IMG/VR virus record: IMGVR_UViG_3300028708_000002
Coordinates: 1 to 56,419 of that record
Origin: a virus
Lineage: Duplodnaviria > Caudoviricetes
Reading direction: 5' to 3' (one strand)
Length of the DNA: 56,419 nt
A program made the translations under genes and the position numbers. Within the stretch, counting starts at the first letter, position 1. Every line of letters starts with the position of its first letter. The notes under the pieces were generated by a model. It searched no databases. It had not been told where the DNA came from and saw nothing but the letters and a program-made list of their open reading frames with translations. Of the stretch, positions 44,657 to 53,405 are shown one piece after another.

Positions 44657-46194
44657 TACTTCCTCCTACTCGTGACATTCGTGCGGTTGCTCTGCGCGGG
44701 CACGCGGAACGGGTTACCGAACAGTCCTGAGAGGAGCCGTCCCAGTGCCTCAGGGCAGTGGTTGTCCTTGGACATCGGCTCCTCAGGCGCTGCCCGCCCC
44801 CGGTCGCCTGCCTTCTGCGAGTCCGGATAGCGCCATTCGTTGAACTCGCGGATCGTGTTGACGCACTTGCGGCTGATGGTGAGGCCAGGCTTGCGCTCAG
44901 GGTGGCCCAAGTCTAGGTGCTCCGGGGTCATCTTGAGGAATCGGCGCATCCACTCGATCCGCCCCTGCAGCAGGATCGACCCCCCACGGTAGGCCGGAAC
45001 CTGGAGCGCCTCCGAGATGGCGCGCGTACGGTCCGGCTCCGCTGGGTCCGGATAGAACATCCGCGTCTGGGCGGGACACAGGCCGCGCGAGCGGATGTCC
45101 TTGATGGCCTCCTCGGTCGTCACGCCGGTCTTGTAATACTCATCCAGGATGTGAATGCGCTTGCGGTCCGGCGAGACCTGTACCAGCAGCCAGGCGAACG
45201 GGTTGGTGAAGCCGTAGTCCACCGCCGCGTAGGTCGCCCACGCAGAGTTGAAGTCGTGGTCGGTGACGTGTAGCTCTTCATCGAAGTCCTTGAGCACGCG
45301 CCCAACGAACTCTGTGAACTGCGCGGCCTCCTCCTGGTTGAACATCTCCATGCTCATGTCGAGGAACAGCGCCCAGATCTCTGGGTGGATACCGGTCGGT
45401 GCGGCCGCGCCGTGCGTCGCGCTGAAGAGCATCTTGAGCGTCGGTATCAGCCGGTCCATCCGGCCGTACCGGCGCGCCTCCGTCAGCCGCGACAGCAACT
45501 CCTCATCGACTCCTCCGGGGAACAGGTGCGGGTTCACCCAGGCTGGGGCGCGCCAACTCTGCCAGTCGGTCCGCTGTGGGTCCAGTCCGGCCATGTACAG
45601 GTCATAGAACCAGTTCTTGCCCTCGGGGGTGGAGAGGAATGCCGTCCAGCCGGTAAAGTCCGCTAGCGTTGGACGTAGGTACTTGATCCACACACTCGGC
45701 TTGAGCTTGGCGGCCTCGGAGAAGATAGCTCCACTCAGGCCCTCGCCAACCAGCGTCCCCGGATACTTCGCGCTCTTGGCATGCACGATGAATCGCCGGT
45801 CGAACAGGCTGGCAACCATCTCGCCGGACTCTGGGTTGTAGTAGCTCCCAGGATGGTCGAGCCGCATCCCGATCCGGGTGATGGAGTCCCAGAAGACACG
45901 GAACTCCTTCTCAGAGTCGCTGTACTCAGGCCCGACAATCCAGTACTCCCGGCGCTTCCCTTCGCGCTTGAGATCATCCAGCTCATACCATGCGCGATAC
46001 GCCTCCGGCACCAGTAAATGCCCACCAGTCTGGCTCTTGCCAGCGCGCCGCCCGAACGCCACGACCTTGTTGCGCGCTCGGCTCGTGATGACCTCGCGCT
46101 GGAGCGGGTACGGCTGCCAGTTCGTACGATCCCATGTCATCTTGTGGATCTGCAACGGGATCGGTGGCGTCCGCCACATAGTCGGTGTCGTCAT
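44656..46194 (-). CDS. terL: Terminase large subunit
   Basis: GRRAGKS, SEAA, STPEG, VDYGFTNP and DPA motifs. Confidence 0.92.
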   Translation of the reverse strand: MTTPTMWRTPPIPLQIHKMTWDRTNWQPYPLQREVITSRARNKVVAFGRRAGKSQTGGHLLVPEAYRAWYELDDLKREGKRREYWIVGPEYSDSEKEFRVFWDSITRIGMRLDHPGSYYNPESGEMVASLFDRRFIVHAKSAKYPGTLVGEGLSGAIFSEAAKLKPSVWIKYLRPTLADFTGWTAFLSTPEGKNWFYDLYMAGLDPQRTDWQSWRAPAWVNPHLFPGGVDEELLSRLTEARRYGRMDRLIPTLKMLFSATHGAAAPTGIHPEIWALFLDMSMEMFNQEEAAQFTEFVGRVLKDFDEELHVTDHDFNSAWATYAAVDYGFTNPFAWLLVQVSPDRKRIHILDEYYKTGVTTEEAIKDIRSRGLCPAQTRMFYPDPAEPDRTRAISEALQVPAYRGGSILLQGRIEWMRRFLKMTPEHLDLGHPERKPGLTISRKCVNTIREFNEWRYPDSQKAGDRGRAAPEEPMSKDNHCPEALGRLLSGLFGNPFRVPAQSNRTNVTSRRK

Positions 46195-46415
46195 GCAGGC
46201 TCCCCGGCTGGCGGGGCCACGTCAAACGTGAAGGGGCGCTCAAAGCTGCTGCCAACTGAGGTGATTCCGAACCCAAAACGTATCTGTGACGCCGCAACCC
46301 TGGTCTCCTCGATCAGCCCCAACGCTCGGGCTGCCAGGTCCTCCATCGTGTCCTCGGTCGCGTCGCTCTCGACCTCAACAATGTGACCGGCGATCTCAAG
46401 ATGGACCTTGCGCAT
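46191..46415 (-). CDS. Hypothetical protein
   Basis: GAGGAG SD and ATG. Confidence 0.6.
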   Translation of the reverse strand: MRKVHLEIAGHIVEVESDATEDTMEDLAARALGLIEETRVAASQIRFGFGITSVGSSFERPFTFDVAPPAGEPA

Positions 46416-47049
46416 TGGGCTCCTCGGTGTCGGCGTACTCACCCTCAAAGAGCTTGCGGAGCCCTTCCTGCCATCCAGGCATCGAGACGTCAACCTCAAA
46501 GCCGCCCTTGATACCCGCCCGGTCTAGCAGGCTGTTGCACGCCGCAATCACGTCCTTCTCCGGCGTCATGGGGTTGAAGGCTATGGCCAGCAGCCGGGCC
46601 GCTACGGCGTCGCTCGCTCCGGCGATCCGCATACGCGCGGCCTGCCGTACCGCTGGGTTGTAACCGCCATGCGTGACGCAGACCTCGGCTCCGGGGATCG
46701 AGGCGCGGAGGCAGGGGCGGGTGAGAGCGTCGTTGTCCGCGTCGACCACATAGCGCCCCTCCTTGTCGCGGAGGTAGCTCCGGGCCTTACAGGGGTTTGC
46801 CATCCTGGAGACGAACTCGCCTGCCTCGTCCAGGTCCTCCTGCAGCCCGTTCCAGCGCCACTGCGCGCCGAACGGTACGTTGGTCTCTTCGTCGCCGATG
46901 CGCTCGATGTCTTCCCAGTGCGCCATCAGCCATTCGAGGTCTGCCTTGGTATTGCCGCGAGAGGCCGTGGGGACCTTGACATCTGTCCGCCCATCGTCCC
47001 CTCGCGGCATACCGCGCTTGGTGCTTACGCCCTTCTGTCCACCTGCCAT
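46396..47049 (-). CDS. terS: Terminase small subunit
   Basis: C....I.G..VC..HGG and LLDRAG; upstream of terL. Confidence 0.7.
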   Translation of the reverse strand: MAGGQKGVSTKRGMPRGDDGRTDVKVPTASRGNTKADLEWLMAHWEDIERIGDEETNVPFGAQWRWNGLQEDLDEAGEFVSRMANPCKARSYLRDKEGRYVVDADNDALTRPCLRASIPGAEVCVTHGGYNPAVRQAARMRIAGASDAVAARLLAIAFNPMTPEKDVIAACNSLLDRAGIKGGFEVDVSMPGWQEGLRKLFEGEYADTEEPNAQGPS

Positions 47050-47062
47050 GAGGAGGAGTGTA
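47050..47062 (-). promoter_or_regulatory. -10 box TACACT 7 nt before the terS ATG (leaderless start)
   Basis: TACACT-CCTCCTC-ATG with no SD. Confidence 0.5.
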
Positions 47063-47067
47063 GCTGG

Positions 47068-47478
47068 CTACTCCCAGATCTCCGTGTCGTACCACGCCAT
47101 CCAGCCATCGTCGGCCCGGACGATCCCCATAACATGGAGGAGCGCGAACAGTCGGTGCTGGCTGATGTGGGCGCTCTCAAACAGCACCGTCTCGGGCACC
47201 GGCGTCTCGTTAGCCTCTTCCAGGTCCTCGCCCATAACCAGTGCAACTCGCACGCTGACCCAGTTGCCGAGGTCGCGCACCGTCACGTGCGTCTCGCGGT
47301 CCGAGGCCTGGTACACGAACTCGCGGTCATCCCGCAGAACGTCGTCAATCTCCAGGCGCTGTTGGTGTTTATCCGCCCAGCCCGACGACAGGAGCTTGGC
47401 CCACAAGGCTTCCATCTCCGGCGTCTTGAGGATCGGGGTGAACGGGTCCGGCGCGCCGGACGTGCCGTGTACGGTCAT
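47068..47478 (-). CDS. Hypothetical protein
   Basis: TGATG coupling. Confidence 0.7.
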   Translation of the reverse strand: MTVHGTSGAPDPFTPILKTPEMEALWAKLLSSGWADKHQQRLEIDDVLRDDREFVYQASDRETHVTVRDLGNWVSVRVALVMGEDLEEANETPVPETVLFESAHISQHRLFALLHVMGIVRADDGWMAWYDTEIWE

Positions 47479-47936
47479 CAGGCGCTCCATGGTCGCGGGG
47501 CAGGGGTCCTGCCTGGGGTATACATTGGTGTTCCTGGGTACGGCGTCGGCGCGCGACCCGTGACACGGCCGCCCATCCTCGCCACGTTCTTGTTCAGGTC
47601 ATCAATCTCCCGTCGCTGCCGGGTTACCTCGGCCACAAGCCAGTCCACTGTGGGGTCGGAACGTTGGGCCTGGCCGGGTTGTACGTAGTCCGGTTGGCCC
47701 GGCACAGGCTCGGTGAAGAATCCATTGTCAGCCAACAGCGTCTGGTCTTGCTGGTCGCCCTCCCAGACGATGTGCACGATGAAAAATCCCTCCGTGTCGG
47801 TCGCGCTGGCGTACTGCTTCCACCAACCGTCGTACCGCCAGCCGTTCTTGCTGCCCTGAGCCTTGAGGCTGGCGATGTACTCCTCGGCCTGCGCCTGCGT
47901 CTTGAACTGCTCGAAATGCTCTCGCGTCCTGCTCAC
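47478..47936 (-). CDS. Hypothetical protein
   Basis: GTGA coupling. Confidence 0.7.
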   Translation of the reverse strand: MSRTREHFEQFKTQAQAEEYIASLKAQGSKNGWRYDGWWKQYASATDTEGFFIVHIVWEGDQQDQTLLADNGFFTEPVPGQPDYVQPGQAQRSDPTVDWLVAEVTRQRREIDDLNKNVARMGGRVTGRAPTPYPGTPMYTPGRTPAPRPWSA

Positions 47937-48187
47937 CCCGGACTCCCTGCTGCTTGCGTAGGCGCTGCCTCGGCCGGATCGTTGAGCCGGGCCTCGACCT
48001 CGGCCAGCAGCGCCACCAGTCCTCGCGTGTCGTCGTACGGCCCTGCGTAGTCCACAGTGATCAGCTGTGTGATCAGAACGTGGAACTTGTTGAGGGTGTC
48101 GACCCGCCCAGCGAGGACTCCAGCCTGCCACGCCGCGTCGTGAACAGCATCCACCTGCTCCTTGGCGTACCTCACTGTGTCACTCAT
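47933..48187 (-). CDS. Hypothetical protein
   Basis: GAGG SD and ATG. Confidence 0.65.
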   Translation of the reverse strand: MSDTVRYAKEQVDAVHDAAWQAGVLAGRVDTLNKFHVLITQLITVDYAGPYDDTRGLVALLAEVEARLNDPAEAAPTQAAGSPG

Positions 48188-48232
48188 AGCCCGATCCTCT
48201 CCCGAGCGCCACGACTGCGGCGAGTGCAGACG

Positions 48233-48270
48233 CAGAGACACCCCGCCGGATCGGTGGCGGGGTGTCTCTG
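48233..48270 (-). terminator. Stem-loop
   Basis: 15-bp inverted repeat CAGAGACACCCCGCC/GGCGGGGTGTCTCTG. Confidence 0.65.
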
Positions 48271-48417
48271 GCCCGGGTAGGCGGAATTCAGACCTTGGCG
48301 GAGTCGGCGTCGTCCTCGGTGCCGCTCTCCACAGTGTCGCCGTCAGGCGAGGTTCTGAGCTTGTGCATGCGATCTCCCGTCATCGATGGTTCCCCGGTCC
48401 GGAGGATCGTACCGCGC

Positions 48418-48455
48418 GACGCGACCCCCGACACGGGGGCACCGGGGGTCGCGTC
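48418..48455. terminator. Stem-loop
   Basis: 13-bp inverted repeat GACGCGACCCCCG/CGGGGGTCGCGTC. Confidence 0.5.
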
Positions 48456-48566
48456 TGGGGAGTGAGATTTTGTTGCGGCTTGGATCCTGTGAGGAGGAGT
48501 GGCTACCGCATCCAGTCTCCCATCGTCGGCCCTGTGCCTGACGGTACGCCCAAGGAGGCCGTGCCG

Positions 48567-48695
48567 CTACCGCCCGTGCCCGGCGTGGATCCATTGACGG
48601 TCCACAATCCTGCACTCGTCGCCCGGAACAATGGGACGTTCGCAGTACTCACACCAGTCCTCGAATGCGACCACGACAATCTGATCAGGCGGCAT
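48567..48695 (-). CDS. Small zinc-binding protein (42 aa)
   Basis: CEYCERPIVPGD...WIH..H. Confidence 0.5.
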   Translation of the reverse strand: MPPDQIVVVAFEDWCEYCERPIVPGDECRIVDRQWIHAGHGR

Positions 48696-48885
48696 GTTCT
48701 CGTGCAGCTGATCGCTTGGCACGCTCTCCATCGGCTACCTCCTGGTTGAACTCCTCGGTGATGTCCTCGCCGGATAGCTCGACGCACTTGCGGTGGTTGT
48801 GCCGCCGTACGACCCGTACCAACTCCTGATTGATGAAGTGGGCGAGCGGGTACGGCTTACACCAGCGGCATCTGGTCTTCTGCAT
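48685..48885 (-). CDS. Hypothetical protein
   Basis: CRWC and HNH.KC. Confidence 0.5.
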   Translation of the reverse strand: MQKTRCRWCKPYPLAHFINQELVRVVRRHNHRKCVELSGEDITEEFNQEVADGERAKRSAAREHAA

Positions 48886-49051
48886 GGACTTCGCCCTTCT
48901 TGAGGTAGATCAGGCCGCTGGCGTCGCTTCCATCCTCGGCCGGATACGTGAAGCTGATGGCGAACTCATCCGCCGCGCTCCACTTGATCCGCCCTCGGTG
49001 CTCGCCTAGGGACTTGGGGAGGAGGACGCGATCTCCCGGATTCAATGACAT
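48857..49051 (-). CDS. Hypothetical protein
   Basis: MSLNPGDRV... Confidence 0.5.
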   Translation of the reverse strand: MSLNPGDRVLLPKSLGEHRGRIKWSAADEFAISFTYPAEDGSDASGLIYLKKGEVHAEDQMPLV

Positions 49052-49167
49052 GCTGACCTGACTTCCTGCACCGTGTGCCATACGTACCATCCGGCGAGGA
49101 TCGTTACAACGATGCTCAGCGCGAGGACGGTAACCGCGAACCAGGGGCTGGGCCTGCGCCAACTCAT
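49042..49167 (-). CDS. Small membrane protein (41 aa)
   Basis: TGATG coupling; one TM helix. Confidence 0.55.
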   Translation of the reverse strand: MSWRRPSPWFAVTVLALSIVVTILAGWYVWHTVQEVRSACH

Positions 49168-49469
49168 CAGACGATCGTCCGGAAGTTCAGCGGGATCTCC
49201 AGATGGTTGATGACGATCCCAGGCTCAGGCACAACAGTCTGGGCCTCGCGTAGCTCCTCGCCCTCCCAGAACCAGACGTTGACGCTCTGCCCGATCTCCA
49301 TCCATTGCAACATGACTTCGTCTCGGTTGCCCTTGTACGTCACCGAACACTTCCGGAGCTTCACCAGCGCGCCGAACGGTGCCCTCACCCGACCAGCCGA
49401 CAACTCCACATCGCTATCCGCGTCCGCCAGATCCTTCACGGCCACTACGTAGGCCTGCTGCGCGCTCAT
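49167..49469 (-). CDS. Hypothetical protein
   Basis: RBS CGAGGAAGGGAAACGG. Confidence 0.7.
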   Translation of the reverse strand: MSAQQAYVVAVKDLADADSDVELSAGRVRAPFGALVKLRKCSVTYKGNRDEVMLQWMEIGQSVNVWFWEGEELREAQTVVPEPGIVINHLEIPLNFRTIV

Positions 49470-49600
49470 CCCGTTTCCCTTCCTCGGAAGCGCCTAGCCT
49501 CGCGCGTCCGGAGGCGCTGCCGCTAGCCAGCAGCTGTCCGACTGGCCTCAACATAGTGGTGAACGCCTTACAGACGATGGCGACCGAGACGTTGTCGTTG

Positions 49601-50128
49601 TCAGGAACGCTTGCCACCATGCCGGACCTCTCGCGTCTCGTTGAACTCCATCTTGGACTCGACAGCCGCGTCGATGTCGACCCCATACGCCCCACAGATG
49701 TCGAGCACGCGGATGATGATGTCGGCTAGCTCGCTGGGAATTCCGATCGGCTTGGTGTACCAGCCCTCATCCCGCAACGCCTCCCGGTCCAGGGCTCTGT
49801 TGAGGTCTATGAACTGCTTGTGGCCGTCCGGGAACCGCAACCTCATCTCCTGGCCATGCGCCTCCAGATTCGCGGTAGGGGCCTCTGGCGTCCGGGAGGT
49901 CACCTGCCAGCGCGGCTTGTCGACCTCATAGCCGTTGCGCCAGTCCTCCAGGGCCTCGGCGCACTCGCTCACCACGAGCATCAGTAGCTCCGCGAAGGAG
50001 CGCTGGTCTAGTGCCCAAACGCCAATGCCTGCACCGTTGACGGTGACCTCTTCGCCCTCGCGCCCGTCCCACCAGCCCTTAGCGCGCGCCGTCTCGTGTA
50101 CCGCGTCGCGTAGCTCATTCAGGCTCAT
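49601..50128 (-). CDS. MazG-like nucleotide pyrophosphohydrolase
   Basis: KGWW, LVVSECAEALE and SELADIIIRVLD...K..FN..R..RHG. Confidence 0.85.
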   Translation of the reverse strand: MSLNELRDAVHETARAKGWWDGREGEEVTVNGAGIGVWALDQRSFAELLMLVVSECAEALEDWRNGYEVDKPRWQVTSRTPEAPTANLEAHGQEMRLRFPDGHKQFIDLNRALDREALRDEGWYTKPIGIPSELADIIIRVLDICGAYGVDIDAAVESKMEFNETREVRHGGKRS

Positions 50129-50348
50129 TGATCCTGATCCCTTTCCAGGTCTCATCGAGGACGGGCAGCTTGGCCGCGTCCTCTTCCTGCACGAATGTGA
50201 TGCGCCGCATCGTGAGCGGAGCGAGGTCCTGCAGCATTTGCACCGGGATCGCCACGGCCTTCTGTGTACTGGTGGCTTCGTCGGCGGTGAGCGCTGGCAC
50301 CATCCACTCAGTCCCATCCGGCTCCATGAGTACCAACAGTATCCTCAT
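50115..50348 (-). CDS. Hypothetical protein
   Basis: GGAGG SD; ATGA coupling. Confidence 0.6.
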   Translation of the reverse strand: MRILLVLMEPDGTEWMVPALTADEATSTQKAVAIPVQMLQDLAPLTMRRITFVQEEDAAKLPVLDETWKGIRINEPE

Positions 50349-50695
50349 GGGTGCCTCCCGTCCTGACCGCCATCGATGAAACCAGCCGCATATCCCGCCG
50401 CGTAACCGCGTCTTGGCGGCTCCGCCGGAGAGGTCTGGTTGAAGTGGATGTTGACCGGCTCCGAGGACGCGCCGCGTAGGAAGCGAAGCATCGCCAGCGC
50501 TCCCTGGCACATCTCCTCGCTCGGCACCAGCGAGTCCTCCGGTATGGGCTTGACGGCCTCGGCCCTGAGGGCCGCACAGCGCAGGATGACCGGTCCGGAG
50601 GTCTCGGTGAGTACCAGCGCGACGCCGCGTGAGATGTACAGGCCTACTTCGCCGTTTGGTAGCGTCCGCACCCGTTGCCCGAACTCCATACTCAT
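50345..50695 (-). CDS. Hypothetical protein
   Basis: ATGA coupling. Confidence 0.6.
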   Translation of the reverse strand: MSMEFGQRVRTLPNGEVGLYISRGVALVLTETSGPVILRCAALRAEAVKPIPEDSLVPSEEMCQGALAMLRFLRGASSEPVNIHFNQTSPAEPPRRGYAAGYAAGFIDGGQDGRHP

Positions 50696-51147
50696 GCCTG
50701 GTCCTCCAGCTGACGATGGGGATCGAGGACACCGGTCTGCTTGGTGTCCCGCTGAAGCAGCATCATCGATAGGTTGTCGAGGACGCCCAACAGATGATCC
50801 GCGATCATCCAGTCCATCGTCCTAAGTCGACCGTCATAGTTGAACCGGTTGAGGAGCTGAGCAAGGTGCGACCTGAAGTTCAGGGCAGGGTCGAACCTCT
50901 GCTGCTCCATCTTCTCCTGCTCCTCCATCTTCTCCTTGCGCCAGCGCTCCTGCTCTGCCTCCTCATAGGCGCGGACCAGCTGCCTGACCTCGCAGGGCCA
51001 AGGATCGGTGCACTGGACACAGATCACGTACGACTTCAGGCTGGTGGACAGACGCTCCTCCGGCCTGTGGTTGCTGCGTAGCACTTCCCGCACGTCGATG
51101 TCGTCAAGATGGGCGGTGACCCACGTTCGGTAGTCCGTATCACTCAT
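50692..51147 (-). CDS. Hypothetical protein (H...CVQC..PWPC zinc motif)
   Basis: GGAGG SD. Confidence 0.65.
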   Translation of the reverse strand: MSDTDYRTWVTAHLDDIDVREVLRSNHRPEERLSTSLKSYVICVQCTDPWPCEVRQLVRAYEEAEQERWRKEKMEEQEKMEQQRFDPALNFRSHLAQLLNRFNYDGRLRTMDWMIADHLLGVLDNLSMMLLQRDTKQTGVLDPHRQLEDQA

Positions 51148-51180
51148 CCGTCGAGCCTCCCCGCCCCGGCGTGCCTGCCG

Positions 51181-51924
51181 CTAGCGACGGAGAGTGAGAG
51201 CCAGGACAACAGACAGCACGATCCCTATGATGGTCATCGATGCCGTCTGCACGAACCGGTTGTCAGTCTTACCCTCCACGCGCGCCTCAGTGCGTGCTGT
51301 CATTGTGGTGATGGCCTGTGCCAACGCAGTCTCCAGCTTTCCCTGCCGGTCCTTGAGGTCCGAGACCTGACCCTGTAGCGCCAGGTTCTCTGCCCTGGAG
51401 GTAGCGGCCTGCTGATCGAGGAGCTTCTGGAATGCGACCTCCTGCTTGTTGGAGGCCGTGGCGTTGGCGAGGTTCTGCTGCGCCACGCTGGCGCTGGCTG
51501 CTGACATAGCCGCGTCGAGCGAGGTCTTGGCCTCAGTCGCGGCCTGCTTGACGCGCTCATCCCGCTCCGCGAGCTTTGCCTCAAGGCCAACAATCTTCTC
51601 GGTGGCGACATCGGCCACGTGCGAGATCCGCTCCAGACAGTACTCCCGGAGAGCTGCCATCTGACGCTCGACGTCAGCTGCCGCCTTGGTTCGCTCTGCC
51701 TCGGCACGGTCCGCGTTCTGCTCAACCTTGGTGGCGTTGAGCGCAGTAGCCTTCTCCATTCCTGATAGCCGGGTGTCGACGTACTCCCGGAAGTGCCCGA
51801 CAGCGCGGTCTACCGCCTGTTGGGTGAGGATGGTGGGGTCCGGAACCGGTACCCAGTCTTTCCTGAAATCTCTTCCCACAGTCGCGTAGTCCGGCTCCGC
51901 CTCCCGTAACCCCTCTGCTGTCAT
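51181..51924 (-). CDS. Coiled-coil protein with C-terminal TM anchor
   Basis: Ala/Gln-rich heptads; hydrophobic C-terminus. Confidence 0.75.
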   Translation of the reverse strand: MTAEGLREAEPDYATVGRDFRKDWVPVPDPTILTQQAVDRAVGHFREYVDTRLSGMEKATALNATKVEQNADRAEAERTKAAADVERQMAALREYCLERISHVADVATEKIVGLEAKLAERDERVKQAATEAKTSLDAAMSAASASVAQQNLANATASNKQEVAFQKLLDQQAATSRAENLALQGQVSDLKDRQGKLETALAQAITTMTARTEARVEGKTDNRFVQTASMTIIGIVLSVVLALTLRR

Positions 51925-52241
51925 GTACCACCCTCCCTAACAAGGAACCCAATCTCTAGACCAGTCTCCTCGGTGACGCACGTACCGGCCTCGGGGAACC
52001 ACCAGGAGTAGGGCACGTTACACGCGGAGCCGAACTCGTGGAACTCCTTGACCTTCGCCCATCCCAGCGCCCGCCCCAGGTGAGCCTCGCACGCCTGCGT
52101 CATGTTGTTGGTGTCCTCATACCAGATGTGCCACACCGCGTCCTTCCAGCACTGGTTCGCCGGATCGACGTTGTCCGGCCAGCCCTCCATGAAGAGGCAC
52201 AGCGTGGTGTCCTCGCAGCTGAGGTTGGAATCACCCTCCAC
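51921..52241 (-). CDS. Hypothetical Cys/His protein
   Basis: Coupled ORF. Confidence 0.6.
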   Translation of the reverse strand: MEGDSNLSCEDTTLCLFMEGWPDNVDPANQCWKDAVWHIWYEDTNNMTQACEAHLGRALGWAKVKEFHEFGSACNVPYSWWFPEAGTCVTEETGLEIGFLVREGGT

Positions 52242-52470
52242 TTCGTGCCGCCCAGTTGATCTCCACCTCGGGAGGCTCGGGCCGCCTCTCGCCTGCCCTC
52301 GGGGGACGGGACGTCACAGCGTAGATCGGCTCTCCTCCATGGTCCGTCCCGATCCTCTGGCCGTTGGTAAGGAACAGGTTGCCCGTTGAGTACCCATCCG
52401 GGCATCCAAGGCAGTGATCAATCGAATGCCGCCCATGCTCGCACCTGTCGAGGTCGCTGAGGCTACTCAT
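52231..52470 (-). CDS. Hypothetical protein (CEHGRH...C..C)
   Basis: ATGA coupling. Confidence 0.6.
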   Translation of the reverse strand: MSSLSDLDRCEHGRHSIDHCLGCPDGYSTGNLFLTNGQRIGTDHGGEPIYAVTSRPPRAGERRPEPPEVEINWAARSGG

Positions 52471-52706
52471 TCAGCGCTCTCCGCGTAGTCAGCCGCGATA
52501 GCCTGGCGTACATGCATCGGCGGATCGAGATTGTCGTTGTGGGCGTCCACCACGTCCTGGGCTATGTCCTTGGTCTCCATCAAGCCGAGGAACACATCGC
52601 AGTTGCCCTCGGTGCCGTCCTCCCGCTCTCCGTCGCCAAGCACAGCCCAGATTGTCCGGCCATGCTTCGATCCCACGCGCCAGACGCAGTCAGCGTAGTC
52701 ACCCAC
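52467..52706 (-). CDS. Hypothetical protein
   Basis: WRVG...GRTIW...VV.AHN. Confidence 0.6.
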   Translation of the reverse strand: MGDYADCVWRVGSKHGRTIWAVLGDGEREDGTEGNCDVFLGLMETKDIAQDVVDAHNDNLDPPMHVRQAIAADYAESAE

Positions 52707-52923
52707 GGGACTTCACCGCCTCGACCTCTGCTCGGTGTACCGCCTCAGCGAGCGTCATCGACTCCGCATCCTCCTTGTCGTACTTCGCCGCAAACCCAAC
52801 GTGCGGCGTATGCGGCATACGGTGCCCAGGCTTCCGCTCGCAGCGGAACGTCACTGTGTGGTTCAGCCGCGCCTCAAAATGCGGCACCTCGACCTCCATC
52901 GTCTCACCGCAGGCTTCGCTCAT
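52699..52923 (-). CDS. Hypothetical protein
   Basis: ATGA coupling. Confidence 0.55.
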   Translation of the reverse strand: MSEACGETMEVEVPHFEARLNHTVTFRCERKPGHRMPHTPHVGFAAKYDKEDAESMTLAEAVHRAEVEAVKSRG

Positions 52924-53120
52924 CGATTCGTCCTCGGCATCGCGTCAACGTCAGCCGTCTCCGGCGTTGAAGTCGCGTCGGTCGGGTTGGTTGCATAGAT
53001 CTCCCACAGTTGCTCTTCAGGCCGCAGATCACGGTCCATCCTACGTTGTGCATCTATCATTGTGCCATCGTCCGCACCAATAAACTCAGTGTGGTCAGAT
53101 GGCACCTTCTTGTACGCCAT
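52920..53120 (-). CDS. Hypothetical protein
   Basis: GGAGG SD before ATG 53120. Confidence 0.55.
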   Translation of the reverse strand: MAYKKVPSDHTEFIGADDGTMIDAQRRMDRDLRPEEQLWEIYATNPTDATSTPETADVDAMPRTNR

Positions 53121-53134
53121 TACATCCTCCAATC

Positions 53135-53405
53135 GTGGCGGGCCCATATTAGGTCGCCGAACAGCTGTGCCTATAGGGGACACACGAACGTATTATCTAC
53201 TCATAAGTAAGTACTGAATAGTCCGTTTGCGTAAGAGCCTCTTAACTATTACCTATTAATTAAAAAGAAGTAAGTTATTAGGCCCGGAACCCACGTTTTC
53301 GCAGGCCAATGCCCGGTCCCATAGTGGTTTCATATTGGGCCCGGATTGGTACCCTTGGGCCCGGTGCAAAGCGATTGTCCCGGGCCCATTACGGGCCCAT
53401 ATCTG
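53135..53405. other. Putative replication origin (AT-rich core plus GGGCCC iterons)
   Basis: The only long AT-rich tract (~53190-53280), flanked by CGGGCCCA(T/A) repeats, directly after the primase-helicase. Confidence 0.55.

Noticed and set aside
45715-45735. Terminase Walker B reading SEAA instead of DEAA
   Set aside because: The catalytic Glu is retained; treated as a lineage variant rather than inactivation.
51147-51183. TAG read-through fusing 51181-51924 to the next gene (in frame, TAG-CGG-CAG context)
   Set aside because: Other TAGCGGCAG copies are not in frame with downstream genes; a promoter -35 box explains the motif better.
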